The notes below the pieces were generated by a model, which was not told the origin of the DNA, made no database searches, and saw only the letters and a list, made by a program, of their open reading frames with translations. A DNA stretch of 64,000 nt from Adineta vaga (lineage: Eukaryota; Animalia; Rotifera): NCBI GenBank assembly GCA_021613535.1, contig CP075494.1, forward strand, positions 6,448,001 to 6,512,000. The letters run 5' to 3'. The position numbers and the translations under genes are program-made. This document shows, in pieces, positions 1 through 12,090 of this stretch (the stretch's first letter is position 1; the number at the start of each line of letters is the position of its first letter).

Positions 1-280
1 TATTTAAACGTTTCGCTTCAACTTCCATTTCTCTCTGAAGCATATCTGATAAATAACTCACCGCTAAAATTACATAAGTCACTCCGACCTAAATAGATAC
101 AAAAGAAAATAGAATGATATAAAGGATCAGATGGTACTCTCAAATAGGTACTTGAGCTAAAGCTTCGATTTGATGTAATACCATTGGCTTATTACAAAAT
201 TCAACTAATGGTTTCGGTTTTGTGAGTGTTAATGGACGTAAACGAGTACCATAGCCACCGACAAGAATAAGTGCTTTCAT
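1..280 (-). CDS. GMPPB: Mannose-1-phosphate guanyltransferase beta, 5' part (runs off the window)
   Basis: Manual translation [43 protein letters not shown], intron 151-89, then [17 protein letters not shown]; GGYGTRLRP nucleotidyltransferase motif. Not in the ORF track. Confidence 0.95.
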
Positions 281-1432
281 GTTCTTAATTCAGAAATATA
301 TTTAATGTAATAGAAAATTTATCTGAAAGAGAATCATGTATATGTTTTTCATTTTTATTTTAAACAGACAAGAGTAATTTGTGGAAGATTCAACATTTGA
401 ATACGCACTGATCAAAAGACTATTGCAAAGAAAAACAATGAAAAGTGAGAAATGGCACAGCATAAAATATTAACAAATTATTCAATCTGCGTATCAATGA
501 AACAGATGGAGGAATAAAAAAATCGACGAAATATTCAAATTCTCGTAATACAAACTTTTCAAATAGAGAGAGAGAAATCAAATCTTGATCATGAAAAGTT
601 TTCTACTTGAATAGTGTCTATATGATACATAACCAAACTATTTTTTTAATTAAACTACGGCTACGGTAAAAGAACAAGAGTCATGTATTTCCTTTCTTTC
701 GATATTCATGACAAGTGTATGTCATGCACTACACAAATATTCACATTTATTTCAAAGAATGGATAGGAAAGTGTTAAACATGGAATTAATTTTGATTGGT
801 TTAGAAGGCAGATCTTAACCACATTCACTTCAATTTTGAATCTAGTACAGCTCATTGTATTAAGCATTTCAAGAATAATCAAAAGGATTTTGCTGACTTG
901 ATTCATATTGTGCATAGAGATATAATGATAATCATTCTCTGACTAGTTTACAGATACAAACAGCACAGAAAAACCTTCATCATCAATCAATAATATGATC
1001 TATTATCACCTTCTCGATTTATACTACACTGAATGAGAGATTGACGAGACAGAGATCTTTCAATCGTGTTTCATCCAGTAAATTTCTGATACTGAAAATT
1101 TTGAACTCTGTATATGCATAGGAAGGATAGATATTGTTATAAAATGAATTCTCAGGTAATATTTATGTCTGGTTTAAAAATATAAATTGTTTCTCTTGTG
1201 AATATATGAGATTTATTCACCTAGTAAAACAAACAAAAAAAAACAATTGGTATTCATCACCGTTTCATTTGAGACATACAAAAGACTATGAGAATATACA
1301 GACGAAGAAGAGACACTTCTGAAAAACAATCCACTAACGTTGTTGACAGAAGGAAAATGAGACGATTTGGTTTTTCTTTATTGTTCACATAGACACAGAC
1401 ACACATACACACACAAATAGAAAAGAATGAAA

Positions 1433-2516
1433 CTATCGCCGTTGCATATTCTGATTACGTAGAAAAGGTACATGTGATCGTGTACATTTGTTCGCATAAT
1501 GTCTAAAATAGAGAACCGTGATTTCATATGTGATAAAAGTTCAGTTTCGTTTTTTCTGATCTTACCCCCGTTCTCCACACTTGAAACAAGTGACATCATG
1601 TTGAAACGGTTGTGACATTCCCATCCCAGGTGGATGCTGTTCATCGTTCATATGATGATTTCCCGGCTGTTGTGACATTGGTACATCATGTGTGTGATTA
1701 TTTGAATTTTGATTTTGACCGTAAGATGGTCGATTATTATGTTGCTGTGACTGAGAATTATTTGATGGCATATTAAGATATTTTTGTCGTTCTTCATATG
1801 GTAATTTAAAGCATGAAGATGCTTTATGTCCTGTTTCATGACAAAAATCACAAACATAAACCACTTTACGTTGTACTGGAGTATATTCGTTGGAATTCGG
1901 TAGTTCAAAACTTGGATGTGATAATGTACATCTTGGTCCTTCAGGACAAAATCCGCAAAGATAGTTTTGACAGAGAACTTTTCGTGTATGACGATTTTTA
2001 CAATTCGGTCCATGACGACAGAATCCTCGATCATACCAAGGACAATCTAATGAAAAGCAATCAATCGATATAATTACTTTCAATTTCATCAATACATACC
2101 ACGTATCTTTGATTCCGGATCCAAATGAAGAAAAGCACATTCTTTATTTAAACATTGTCCATATTTTGAGAAAAAATAGCATTCAGGCATTTTTGCCATA
2201 TCATATTCGTGAAGAAATTCACAATCATCACCTAAATTTTAATAAAAATTCTCTAAGGTAAATCATCTTTTTCTTTACCTTTTTTGCATAAACCACGCAA
2301 CCAATGTTTACATACAACTGTTTTATCACCATGTATATGACGAAATGGACAACGTTGATTTGAACAATTTGAACGAAGAAAAAATTCACATACTCCAACA
2401 TTTGCTTTATCCATGTTAGGAAAAGGTAATGGTAATGCACCCTGTTGAGAACAGACGATTTCATCAAGATCAAAATGAATGTTCTGAACAGGTGCTATGA
2501 TATCTTGCATCAACAT
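1433..2516 (-). CDS. CPSF4: Cleavage and polyadenylation specificity factor subunit 4 (CPSF30), multi-exon
   Basis: Tandem CCCH fingers (VVCKHWLRGLCKKG, DCPWYDRGFCRHGPNC, LCQNYLCGFCPEG) and a C-terminal zinc knuckle VTCFKCGERG|HYANKC split by intron 1565-1503; stop at 1433. Confidence 0.95.
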
Positions 2517-2708
2517 CGTGTCTCTTTTGTTGAAATTCGAATGAAAATGGGAAAAGACATTATATTTGTAATTTTATCTACTTATTAATGGATAAAGATT
2601 TTAACCATTCAAATTCCTAATCAGATGGTGCCACATGTCCAATAATCGTTTACTAAGTATGCAATGCAGATGTTTTCCTTCCGAATTGTTGATTGATCAC
2701 ATATAACT
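2517..2708. promoter_or_regulatory. Candidate bidirectional promoter CPSF4/SEC62
   Basis: Divergent start codons 192 nt apart; contains ATGGTGCCACATG (2625-2637). Confidence 0.6.
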
Positions 2709-3768
2709 ATGTCGGAAAGTCGTAAAAAGTCTCGACGACGTCGTTCATTTGATGATCTCGCCGAGTTAACTCCAATTGAAAAATCAATTGCAAAATATCT
2801 TCGATTACGATGTCCAACAAAAAAAGGTGTTTTAATGGGTATGCAAGTTGTTTATTTTAATGGATCAAAAGCCGTTGAATGTTTAACGGAATCAAAATGG
2901 TCATCTATAAGTACAAAACCGACAAATAATGGAAAAATTCCGATTTGTTTCTCGTCGAAACATGATGCTGTTCAAGTATGATTCAAATTTCTTTAATTAA
3001 ATATTGTATGTAATTCTTATTTAGATGCTTCGAAAATTCTTGGATCATGAAATGTGTCGTCGAGTGATCAAAGTTTATAAAGGTACGAATGTTATATCGG
3101 AAGTCAATGAAGATACATCACAATCCAATACACCTAGTGCAACTCGTCAACGTAAAAATAAACCAAAAGAAAATGTATCTGCAACAGTGGAATCTCCAGC
3201 AGTTGAAGATGATTCAAAAGAAAAAACGAAAAAGAAAAAATTCAAATTTGAATTACATGGTGATCAAATGTTTGTTGATTCACCAAATGATTTCTATGTT
3301 TGGATTTATTCACCAACGACAATTAAACACTACATCATTGGTGGTTTATTAGTTATTGGTTGTATTGGTGTTTGTCTTTTTCCATTATGGCCAACACAAG
3401 TTCGAACTGGAGTGTATTATCTCTCCATTACTCTAGCGAGCTTATTGGGAGCATTACTTTCATTAGCATTTTTAAAATATATAATCTTTGCAATGATATG
3501 GTTAATGACAATGGGTAAAATACGATTTTGGTTTTTGCCAAATTTAACAGAAGATGTTGGCTTTTTCGAATCATTCGTTCCATTATATGTGGTTAATGCT
3601 CCAACAAAAGCGAAAAAAATTAAAGAAATTATTCATGAGAATGAACAAGGAGATGAAGAAAAGAATATTTCAGAAGAAGCGAATGACTTAGAAGAAGAAA
3701 ATAAACGGCAACGTTTAGCCGATGATGGTTTTGAAGTTCTATCAAAAGATGAATTAGAAATCAAATAA
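2709..3768 (+). CDS. SEC62: Translocation protein SEC62 (2 exons)
   Basis: VVYFNGSKAVECL, YVWIY, CLFPLWP, two TM segments, FWFLPNLTEDVGFFESF; one ~50-nt intron ending at 3025. Confidence 0.95.
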
Positions 3769-4714
3769 TGAATGTCATATATGTGCATAGACTAGATGTG
3801 AACAGTCTATTTTTATGTTGTCAAATTTTGTATGTAACAATTTTACATTCGTTTCTTATTAATTATTGTTGTGTATTAGTTTCTTGTATCATATTCAATT
3901 ATCGTTGTCAATGTTTAATAAATAACACAGAATTATGTATCTCATTTTATATCATTTTTAGACTTCTTGTCAAAATAGACATAGGATATGATTTTCATGT
4001 TCGTCATTTTATCGAGGTAGTATATAATGTGTTTATAAATTCATTCGTATGAAATTACAAAAAAAAACAAAATGATTGTTTTTCATGCTATTTTTCATCG
4101 ATATTTATAGCAATGATCAAGTTTGTCGAGTACTAGTTTGTATTATTAGGAGAGAAAAACAAACGCATAACTTATTTTTTTACCTTAGAAAAACATGATT
4201 TTCGTATGATCTGACATGTAGTGTCGATCGAACGAGAAAATAATCATATATATATATATTTTTGAGTATGAATAAAAAGAAAAATTTCTCTCAAGATTCT
4301 TGATAAAACGAAATATCGTATATTTTTCCGTTTATACAAATTGCCTTCTAGCGAGAATGAATACAACACTGAACTTGTCTTTTAGCGGCATCTTTCGAAC
4401 ATACATTCTATATGGATTTGTTGTAACATGAATAATCATTCACTTTAACTTTCCAATAGGAATGCTGCTCATATTGCATAGGTGTCTTAGACTCACATTC
4501 ATTGGTATATATAGAGAACAAGCTTCGTCTTTGTATTTCGAAAGAACGCAAGTAAGAATCAATATGGCTGCTATTCATACATGTGTATTATTTTCGTTTG
4601 TTTTTTCTATCTATATTATACACCTGAATAGACACAACTTTTGTTTTTCTTTTCATCATTTCAGAAAGTAATCAAACAAATCCGATCAATCGTATCTGTT
4701 TCATTTAATTCATC

Positions 4715-5195
4715 ATGCAAACTCAAGATCAATTTGGTATTGTTTACGGTGCTGCTTTAAGTAAGTTATTTAGTCTTTTTTTCTTTTGAATGACTCATTC
4801 TTTGTATTAAATTATAATCGTTTAGTTCTTGGAGGTTTACTTGGTTATTTTCGTCGTGGAAGTGCCATTTCACTCTTATTTGGTATGTTCTGTTTTCTTG
4901 AGAAGAGTATTTTATGAACGATTTCTCTAGGCGTTCTCTTCGGAGCTTGGTCCCTCTACAATGCAATGCATCCAACACGTCAAAATAATGTTGCAAATTT
5001 AGCTGTAATTAAAATTATGAAATTTCTTAATTAATCATCTAATATTTTGGGTTACTTTCCTTTTTTTAGATTGCTTCAGTTCTTGGTGTTTTGATGTTAT
5101 TACGATTCTTAATCGGTGGTAAATGGTTTCCAGCTCTTCTTATTGTTGGTTTATCAGGCGTTCAAATTTATCGCAATTATCCATATCTTAAATAA
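4715..5195 (+). CDS. TMEM14: Transmembrane protein 14 family (4 small exons)
   Basis: Spliced translation MQTQDQFGIVYGAAL..LGGLLGYFRRGSAISL..GVLFGAWSLY..RFLIGGKWFPALL matches the TMEM14 pattern (YGxL, GGxxGYxxxGS, RFxxxGKxxP). Not in the ORF track; one internal donor is uncertain. Confidence 0.85.
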
Positions 5196-5583
5196 GAAGC
5201 ACTGATTAGCACACAAAAAAACATTTATTTTTCTTCGTTGTTTTCTCATTTCTTTACTTATTCTTGCTGGTTATGTTTTTTCTTTGTTTCTGTGTCTTGT
5301 CTTCTATTCCATGTAACGATGTTGTATCTTCGATTCTTAACTATTTCTTATATATCAGCTAATTTCTGTTATGTACTTGTCGTAGTGTTTTATGAGATCA
5401 TAACTTTAACAAAAACAAAAATAAAACTATTAGTGTATCATCATCTAGTGCAATGAAAAGAAAAGAAAATATCAAATATGATTTTTATTCATCACTTTTA
5501 TTTTATTTCTAGAATGTGCATTTTCATGCCAAGTTTTCTTTGTTTGGTTTGTAACAATAACAATTGAAAACAAAAATAGAACA

Positions 5584-8500
5584 ATGTCTTTTCCGCCACA
5601 TATGCCAATGATGCCCCCAATGCCATTCTTTCCTACCGGCGCGCCAATGATGATGCCACCTAACGTAAGTATTTCTCCATTTTTGTATTATTTACAACGA
5701 AAAATCTATTTTATTTAGATGTCTACACCACCCCCAGGAATACCAGCAGGAACGAATGGTGCCCATAAACCAGCAGAAAATGAGAAGGTTTGTGATGAAA
5801 TTCTTGTCATTATTTAAGTATATTCGATGTTCTATTTATAGAAAAAAAGTCTTCAAGTCGCAACAACTGTGTTTGTTGGTAGTATTTCGGATCGAGCACC
5901 CGATGCAATGATTAAACGAATGCTTCATGTAAGTCATACAGTTATTCAAAATTTTCTCACATTTTCGTACTCGATTACCCATCTGTTATCGTACTGATAT
6001 GCTATCTAAAGTTCAAATTTCATGATTATATCTATTTTTGTTCTATTACCTTAGAATTGTGGTAGTGTTGTCAATTGGAAACGTGTTCAAGGAGCCAGTG
6101 GTAAACTTCAAGGTAAATAAAATCACTAGTTTTTATTTCTTCATCATGAATATTTTTTCTCGTTGTCTTTAGCATTCGGCTTTTGTGAATATGAAAATCC
6201 TGAAGCTACACTTCGTTGTATACGTTTACTTAACGGTTGGCAAATTCAAGATAAAAAATTAGTCGTAAGTGTTTTGTTATTTTCAAATTTTTTCTTTTCG
6301 ATCCATCACGACTACTAGATCCTTATTTTCAACACATAAACATGTAAGTGTTTTCCATTGTGTTAGAACTCCCGGATGTTTTCAGTCGATGATCAGATGT
6401 GTCCTAATTGATCTAATTTGGTTTTCAACACGAGACAGATAATTGATCTGGTAACAATTTGTACACATCATTAATAAAGTGATTTTGTTCTATGAAACAT
6501 CTTTTTGTTCTTAGTGTTCATTGACACACAAATCGTCATTCTTTTATAGAAAAAATGCACAAGAGTGAGTGGTTCCTTCTATTGAGAAATATCTATTTTT
6601 TTTAAATTAAATTTCTTTTGTATTCGAGATACAAATCTAGCGTATATAATCATATGTTGTTCTATATTGTATGAAATCTCATTCTCACATATATGTTTTA
6701 GGTAAAAGTCGATTCTAAAACAAAAGCATTACTTGATGAATATAAAAAGAAGAAACGACATGAATTAGCAAAAAAAGCTGCTAACGATACAACAGCATTT
6801 AAATTTATTTATGAAGATGACGAAGATGATGATGATGCAAAGAAATCGAACAGTAACGATGCAGATGGAAAGGTAACGATAGTTTTGAATGAAGAGAATG
6901 CAATTTGTTTTCTTTTTGTAGAAAAAATCCGGTGAAGAAGGTGAAATCGAAGAAGAAGATGATGATTATATTGATAATGAAACACGTCGTGAAGATCAGG
7001 CAATAAAATTATCACTTGAAACTATCATGCGAGAATATAATCGAGAGATGAATCAACGAGCATTAGAAGCGAAAGAATTGGCTGCTCGAGAAGCAGCAGC
7101 TGCTGGTGCAGGTTTACAACCACAAAATATGCTTTCTATGCCGCAACCACCTACATCATTAAATACACCAGGTAATTCAGCAGGAGATTCGTCAACTGGA
7201 AATGCTGCTAGTCCAAATACACGACGTAATGCCGATGGTGGAGCTTCAATAGATGATGAAGAAGGCAAACGAAGTTTAATCAGCAATGAAATTCTTATGT
7301 TTCGTGATCGTTTCAAAGATGAAGATACCAAAATGCGTAATACAGAAAAAGAACGTAAAGATCGTTATGAACGTGAACGAGCCTTACAACGTGAAAAACG
7401 TGCAGCTGAAGAAGCAGGTTCTAGTGGCAATAATAAATCTTCTGTTTCACCACCATCATCATCATCTCGTGATCGTTCATCACCAAAACATGAACGAAGT
7501 AATACAAGTCGACGTGATCGATCATCACCAAGCGATGATCGATATCGTAGTTCATCGTCAAGAAATAATACTAGTAATTCTGTACGTAATCGAACAAGTG
7601 ATCGACGAAGTTCACCACCATCACGTTACGATCGTCGTTCACCACCTCCTCCATCACGTTATAATCGGCGTCGTTCACGAACAAAATCACCTGTATCTAA
7701 AAGTCATCCTGCTGATGAAGACGACGATGAAACTTATGAAAGAAAGAGAACAGAAAAACGATTACGAGAAAAAGAAGCTCGTTATAGAGAAGTAAGTTCA
7801 TTGAAAAAAACTTTTCATATAACATGATTATTTGAGATCTGAATACGATCTGTATCGATATCACTATTTGTCATAATGATTTTTTTTTCGTTTTTCTTCT
7901 TTTAGCGATTGAAAGCTTGGGAACAACGTGAACGAAAGAAACAAAATGATTACAAAATGGAAAAACGTCGTGAATTAACTCGGTTACATGATGAAGAAAA
8001 AGAAGGCAAACGTTTATTAGCATTTCTCGAAGATTATAACGATGAAAATGATGATCCAAAATATTACAAGTTTGTTTAATCTTTAAAGAGAGTTTATTAT
8101 TTATATTATGAAATCCTTTTCTTTCAGTGAATCATCATTGGCTCGCCGTTTAAAAGACCGCGAACATGAAATTGATCTTGATACGCGTGATCGTCGTTAT
8201 GAAAAAGAGGAAATTGAAGATTTACGTCAAAAATTATTACTTCAAGATAATATTGATGATATTGATATAGAAATAAAACGTCGTTTAGAAAAAGAAGAAG
8301 AATTAGTACGAAAACGTTTAGCTGATTTGACACGAGCAAGTGATGAATCAGCTGATGAATCAGATAATGATGAACAACCAACAAATCATCGAAAAGATAG
8401 TAATAATATAGCACCTACCGAATCGGCGAATACTAGTATGATCACGATTATTATTTAATAAAAGAAAATAAACAATATTTTACTTTATTTAAGGTACGGG

Positions 8501-9339
8501 AAGTATGGATCAAGCATTACGACAACCGATGTCACCACAAATTGGTGAGAGGAATATTTTGTATAAATCGTAGATTACTATATGCTTTCTTATTTAGAAA
8601 CAAAAGTTAGTCCACGTCAAACATCTGCGCTTGGTGGTGCACCAATAACAGGTACAAAATTACCATCAAAACGAAAGCTTGCTGTTAATGAAGTAAATTT
8701 TTTTTGAAACATATCTATTTGTTTTTGACAACAATTTTCATTTCAGGCTTTTCGTGATGATCAAGATGATGATAGTGCCAATTCTTATCAGAAAAAATCA
8801 AAATTATCAGCTATTCCTGATCAACAACCTGTACCAATGCCTCAAAATTCTCCTCACATTAAAGAAGAACCAATGAATCGCACGTCCGCTGGTAAAGCTA
8901 CAGCTGTTACACCTACAAATAATGTTAATTCTGCTCAAGTACAAGAAGAAAAACGTCAAGCTGTACGAAAATTAATTGAAAATATTCCAACGAAAAAAGA
9001 AGACTTGTTTACATTTCCACTCGATTGGTCACTTCTTGATTCCGTAAGAATTAAACTTTCGATTCGATTCAAATTATCTGTTTTCTTTTTTTTTTGTAGA
9101 ATCTAATGGAAAAACGTATTAAACCGTGGGTTACAAAGAAAATTGTGGAATATATCGGCGAAGAAGAAGTTACGTTAACAGATTTTATTTGTTCATCAAT
9201 AATGTCGAAAAAAAGTGCCGAAAGCATTCTTTCTGATATTCGCGTTGTACTTGACGATGAAGCAGAAGTATTTGTTGTTAAAATGTGGCGATTAATTGTC
9301 TATGAAATTGAAGCTAAACGACATGGTCTCAGCAAATAA
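5584..9339 (+). CDS. RBM25: RNA-binding protein 25 (Pro-rich N-terminus, RRM, R/E/D-rich region, PWI domain)
   Basis: TTVFVGSISDRA..CGSVVNWKRVQGASGKLQAFGFCEYE RRM; FLEDYNDENDDPKYY; PWI IKPWVTKKIVEYIGEEE..VLDDEAEVFVVKMWRLIVYE. Confidence 0.95.
6319..6343 (+). other. Candidate poison micro-exon (25 nt) in the long RBM25 intron
   Basis: TAG|ATCCTTATTTTCAACACATAAACAT|GTAAGT; preceded by a typical 54-nt intron; in-frame TAA at 6337-6339. Confidence 0.65.
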
Positions 9340-9972
9340 TTGGCTTTTCTTTGTCCGATTTTGTTCTCGGTGTGTTTGTGTGTATGTGCGTGTGTATTCT
9401 CTTACATGTTTTTCTTTCTCTTCTTTATTCAGACAAGAAAAAAAAGCAAGAAAATAGATCAATTATTATTATTATGTACAAAAATATTAAGGTCATTCAA
9501 GTTAAAACATGAAGACGTACTTGAAAATAAACTTGTCGTTTTTTTAATATAAAAAAACTGAAATCTAGAAAAGAAACTCATGATATGTGTATGTATTTGT
9601 CACTTTTTTTTGCGTGAGCTCGTGCTCTTCTTTCTTTTCTCATTTTGTGTTTGTTCTTCTTTTTGTTTTGTCTGTGATTTTTCAACACATACAAGAAAAA
9701 AGGAGGAAAAAAAGTTAAATATTGTTACACACATGAACTTTAAACTTTCTACAACCCCATGTTTCTAAATGTAACGAAAATAAGAGTATCGATCTGAGTG
9801 AAAGCATCAGTATGTTGTATATGCTGTGCATTCACACTTTTACACTCAAGATTGAATGCGATCTGTTTATTGTATGAAATACACGTGGTATGAAGGTACA
9901 AAAATTTTAAACACTGAATGGAAAAAAAAAGAATATGATGAATGTATTTGTAGCCATATACACTATACATTC

Positions 9973-11529
9973 TTATTCTTCAATGTCTAATATCATGTTA
10001 ATTGCGAAACGATTATCAGTAGTGGTGACTCCTAAACCTCTAATGATCTTTGTCACAGCTTGAATAGCAGCACTTTTAACTGAACAATTCTGGTTAATTA
10101 CACGCCATTGAGTATCTCCGTCTTTATATATATACGATCCATTCCCAGACAATGCCCAAACAAATACAGAGTAATTATTTTTTATTTCACATATTAATGG
10201 AATTGTAATCCAATTCATATTTGTATTATCTGAATGTATTGTTTCGTGTTGAATAACTACACCATCATCATTGACTACGAATCCTATATGTCGTCCACGA
10301 TAATCAGACTGTATTCGTACAGCCCCAAGCTGTATAGGTTGTTTGACTGTAAACATGTATCCTCGAACCCAATTCATAGTTTTTGAAGTCGGTGTCGATG
10401 GGCCATTAGGTTTTGAAATATCTAATGGTACTAATCGATTTATAATGGCATTCCTTCGAACAAGATACATTTCGCTTTGAATATGGCCATAAGTTGAACA
10501 TATTTGGGCAAGATTTTCGAAATCTTTCTGATCTCTTTGGAATGTGTGCCGTTGTACAGTACAACCTTCACCGATTTTTTGATATTGTTCCGTGAGATTC
10601 TTATGATCCTGAGAAACATTTGATTTGAATTTTAAGATCTGTACTGAATCCGATGAATCTAATATTTTTCGAACACAAAATTCTTGAACTGTAGTTAGTT
10701 TTGAATGTTCGTCAATTTTCATCTGATGTTGAGTCAATATTTTCATTGTTTCGACTTGTTCATCATGCAATTGTTTGATCAATACATCTTTTCGTTCTTC
10801 TAATAAACGTTGAAGATCAGCAAATGTTTGCTGAATTGTTTGTTTCTCATGGCGAATTATTTCATATTGTTGAGCAATAGCATTTTTAGTCACATCAGAA
10901 AACTGAATTAAATTTTGTTTCATTCGAAAAAGTTCTTGTGCCATTTGCTCCAGTTCAACTTTTTTTCCCGCAGCTGCATCTTTAATTGGTAAAAATTTAT
11001 GATCTTTATGTTCAAATAATAAACAATCGCGACAAACAAGAGTAGAACATTTTGTACACCAAAATCTGAATTGTTCATCGGTATGTTCGGAACAAAATGA
11101 TGTTGTTTTATCTGAAGATGGAACAATTTTATGGGATTGTAGTGCTTTAATAGAGTGAACAGTTTTGGTACAAGACTCGCAATAATGAAATCCACATTTT
11201 TCACACCAATTTACTGCAGAATTTTCATTGCAGTTACCACAGACATCATCTGATTTCTTTGGCTTAGATGAATTGATATTTGAGATAAAACCAACCATGT
11301 CCTTAGCTGTTCGATTAATTGGTAATTGTTCAATAGCATTTTGATCGACTATTTGATTATCTCGAAATGGACATGACAGTCTACCATTTTGAACAGATTT
11401 TTGAATACAATTATAACAAAATGTATGTGAACATGGAAGAATACGTGGATCTGTATAATAATCTAAACAAATGGCACAAGTAACCAAGTCTTGTAATTGT
11501 TGCTTGCCAGAACTATTGATAGTTGCCAT
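9973..11529 (-). CDS. TRIM-like E3 ligase (RING, B-box1, B-box2, coiled coil, uncharacterised C-terminal beta domain), intronless, copy 1
   Basis: CAIC..PCSHTFCYNC..CPFRD RING; CGNC..WCEKC..H and CSEH..WCTKC..CRDC..HKDH B-boxes; 518-aa ORF. Confidence 0.9.
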   Translation of the reverse strand: MATINSSGKQQLQDLVTCAICLDYYTDPRILPCSHTFCYNCIQKSVQNGRLSCPFRDNQIVDQNAIEQLPINRTAKDMVGFISNINSSKPKKSDDVCGNCNENSAVNWCEKCGFHYCESCTKTVHSIKALQSHKIVPSSDKTTSFCSEHTDEQFRFWCTKCSTLVCRDCLLFEHKDHKFLPIKDAAAGKKVELEQMAQELFRMKQNLIQFSDVTKNAIAQQYEIIRHEKQTIQQTFADLQRLLEERKDVLIKQLHDEQVETMKILTQHQMKIDEHSKLTTVQEFCVRKILDSSDSVQILKFKSNVSQDHKNLTEQYQKIGEGCTVQRHTFQRDQKDFENLAQICSTYGHIQSEMYLVRRNAIINRLVPLDISKPNGPSTPTSKTMNWVRGYMFTVKQPIQLGAVRIQSDYRGRHIGFVVNDDGVVIQHETIHSDNTNMNWITIPLICEIKNNYSVFVWALSGNGSYIYKDGDTQWRVINQNCSVKSAAIQAVTKIIRGLGVTTTDNRFAINMILDIEE

Positions 11530-12090
11530 TTGTAAAATGTATGATAGGAAAAAAATGTTTTTCCTTCTTATTCAAATAAATAACGATTCGTGTAATCAAG
11601 CTATAGCATGAGTCATTGCAATGGGTTTTTTTTCTTACCTTTAAAACTCTTTTCATTTGTTCTATAGAATATGCTTGAAATTGATGTATTACAAACACTA
11701 TTATGAGATCACATCATTCTCGTTGTCTATAAGACAATCAAACAGTAGTTGTACAGTCAAAACTGATTCTTACATACGTTCATTCTTGTATCGATATATA
11801 CTAAAAAATAGATATCTAAACTATTTGCATTATATTTTCTTAGACAGATGCCGCGCTTGTGTCAGATTTTGTTTGCCTTATTTGTCTTTATGATGATTTT
11901 AGAAGTGAATTGATAGAATTACTGTTCTATGCGTATAATTTCATAGCTTAACGTCCAAATTGTAGATCATACTTCCCAAATAAGTGATGAATAATCGTTT
12001 GTAATGAAAGACTCATCAACACATAGTTTATTCGAACTTTTTTTTATTTTATTTTATTTTATTTTAAAGACTACTCATTTCAATAGAACT

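Noticed and set aside
186-197. GGCTTATTACAA matches the start of the bdelloid spliced leader as I recall it
   Set aside because: Only 12 nt, antisense within GMPPB coding sequence (CNKP), with no continuation or donor site; coincidence.
6367-6450. Possible snoRNA in the RBM25 intron
   Set aside because: No intact C box (RUGAUGA) with terminal D box, and no clear H/ACA layout.
7053-7795. Alternative-frame and antisense ORFs over RBM25 (and similar ones over other genes)
   Set aside because: Shadows of codon bias in real exons.
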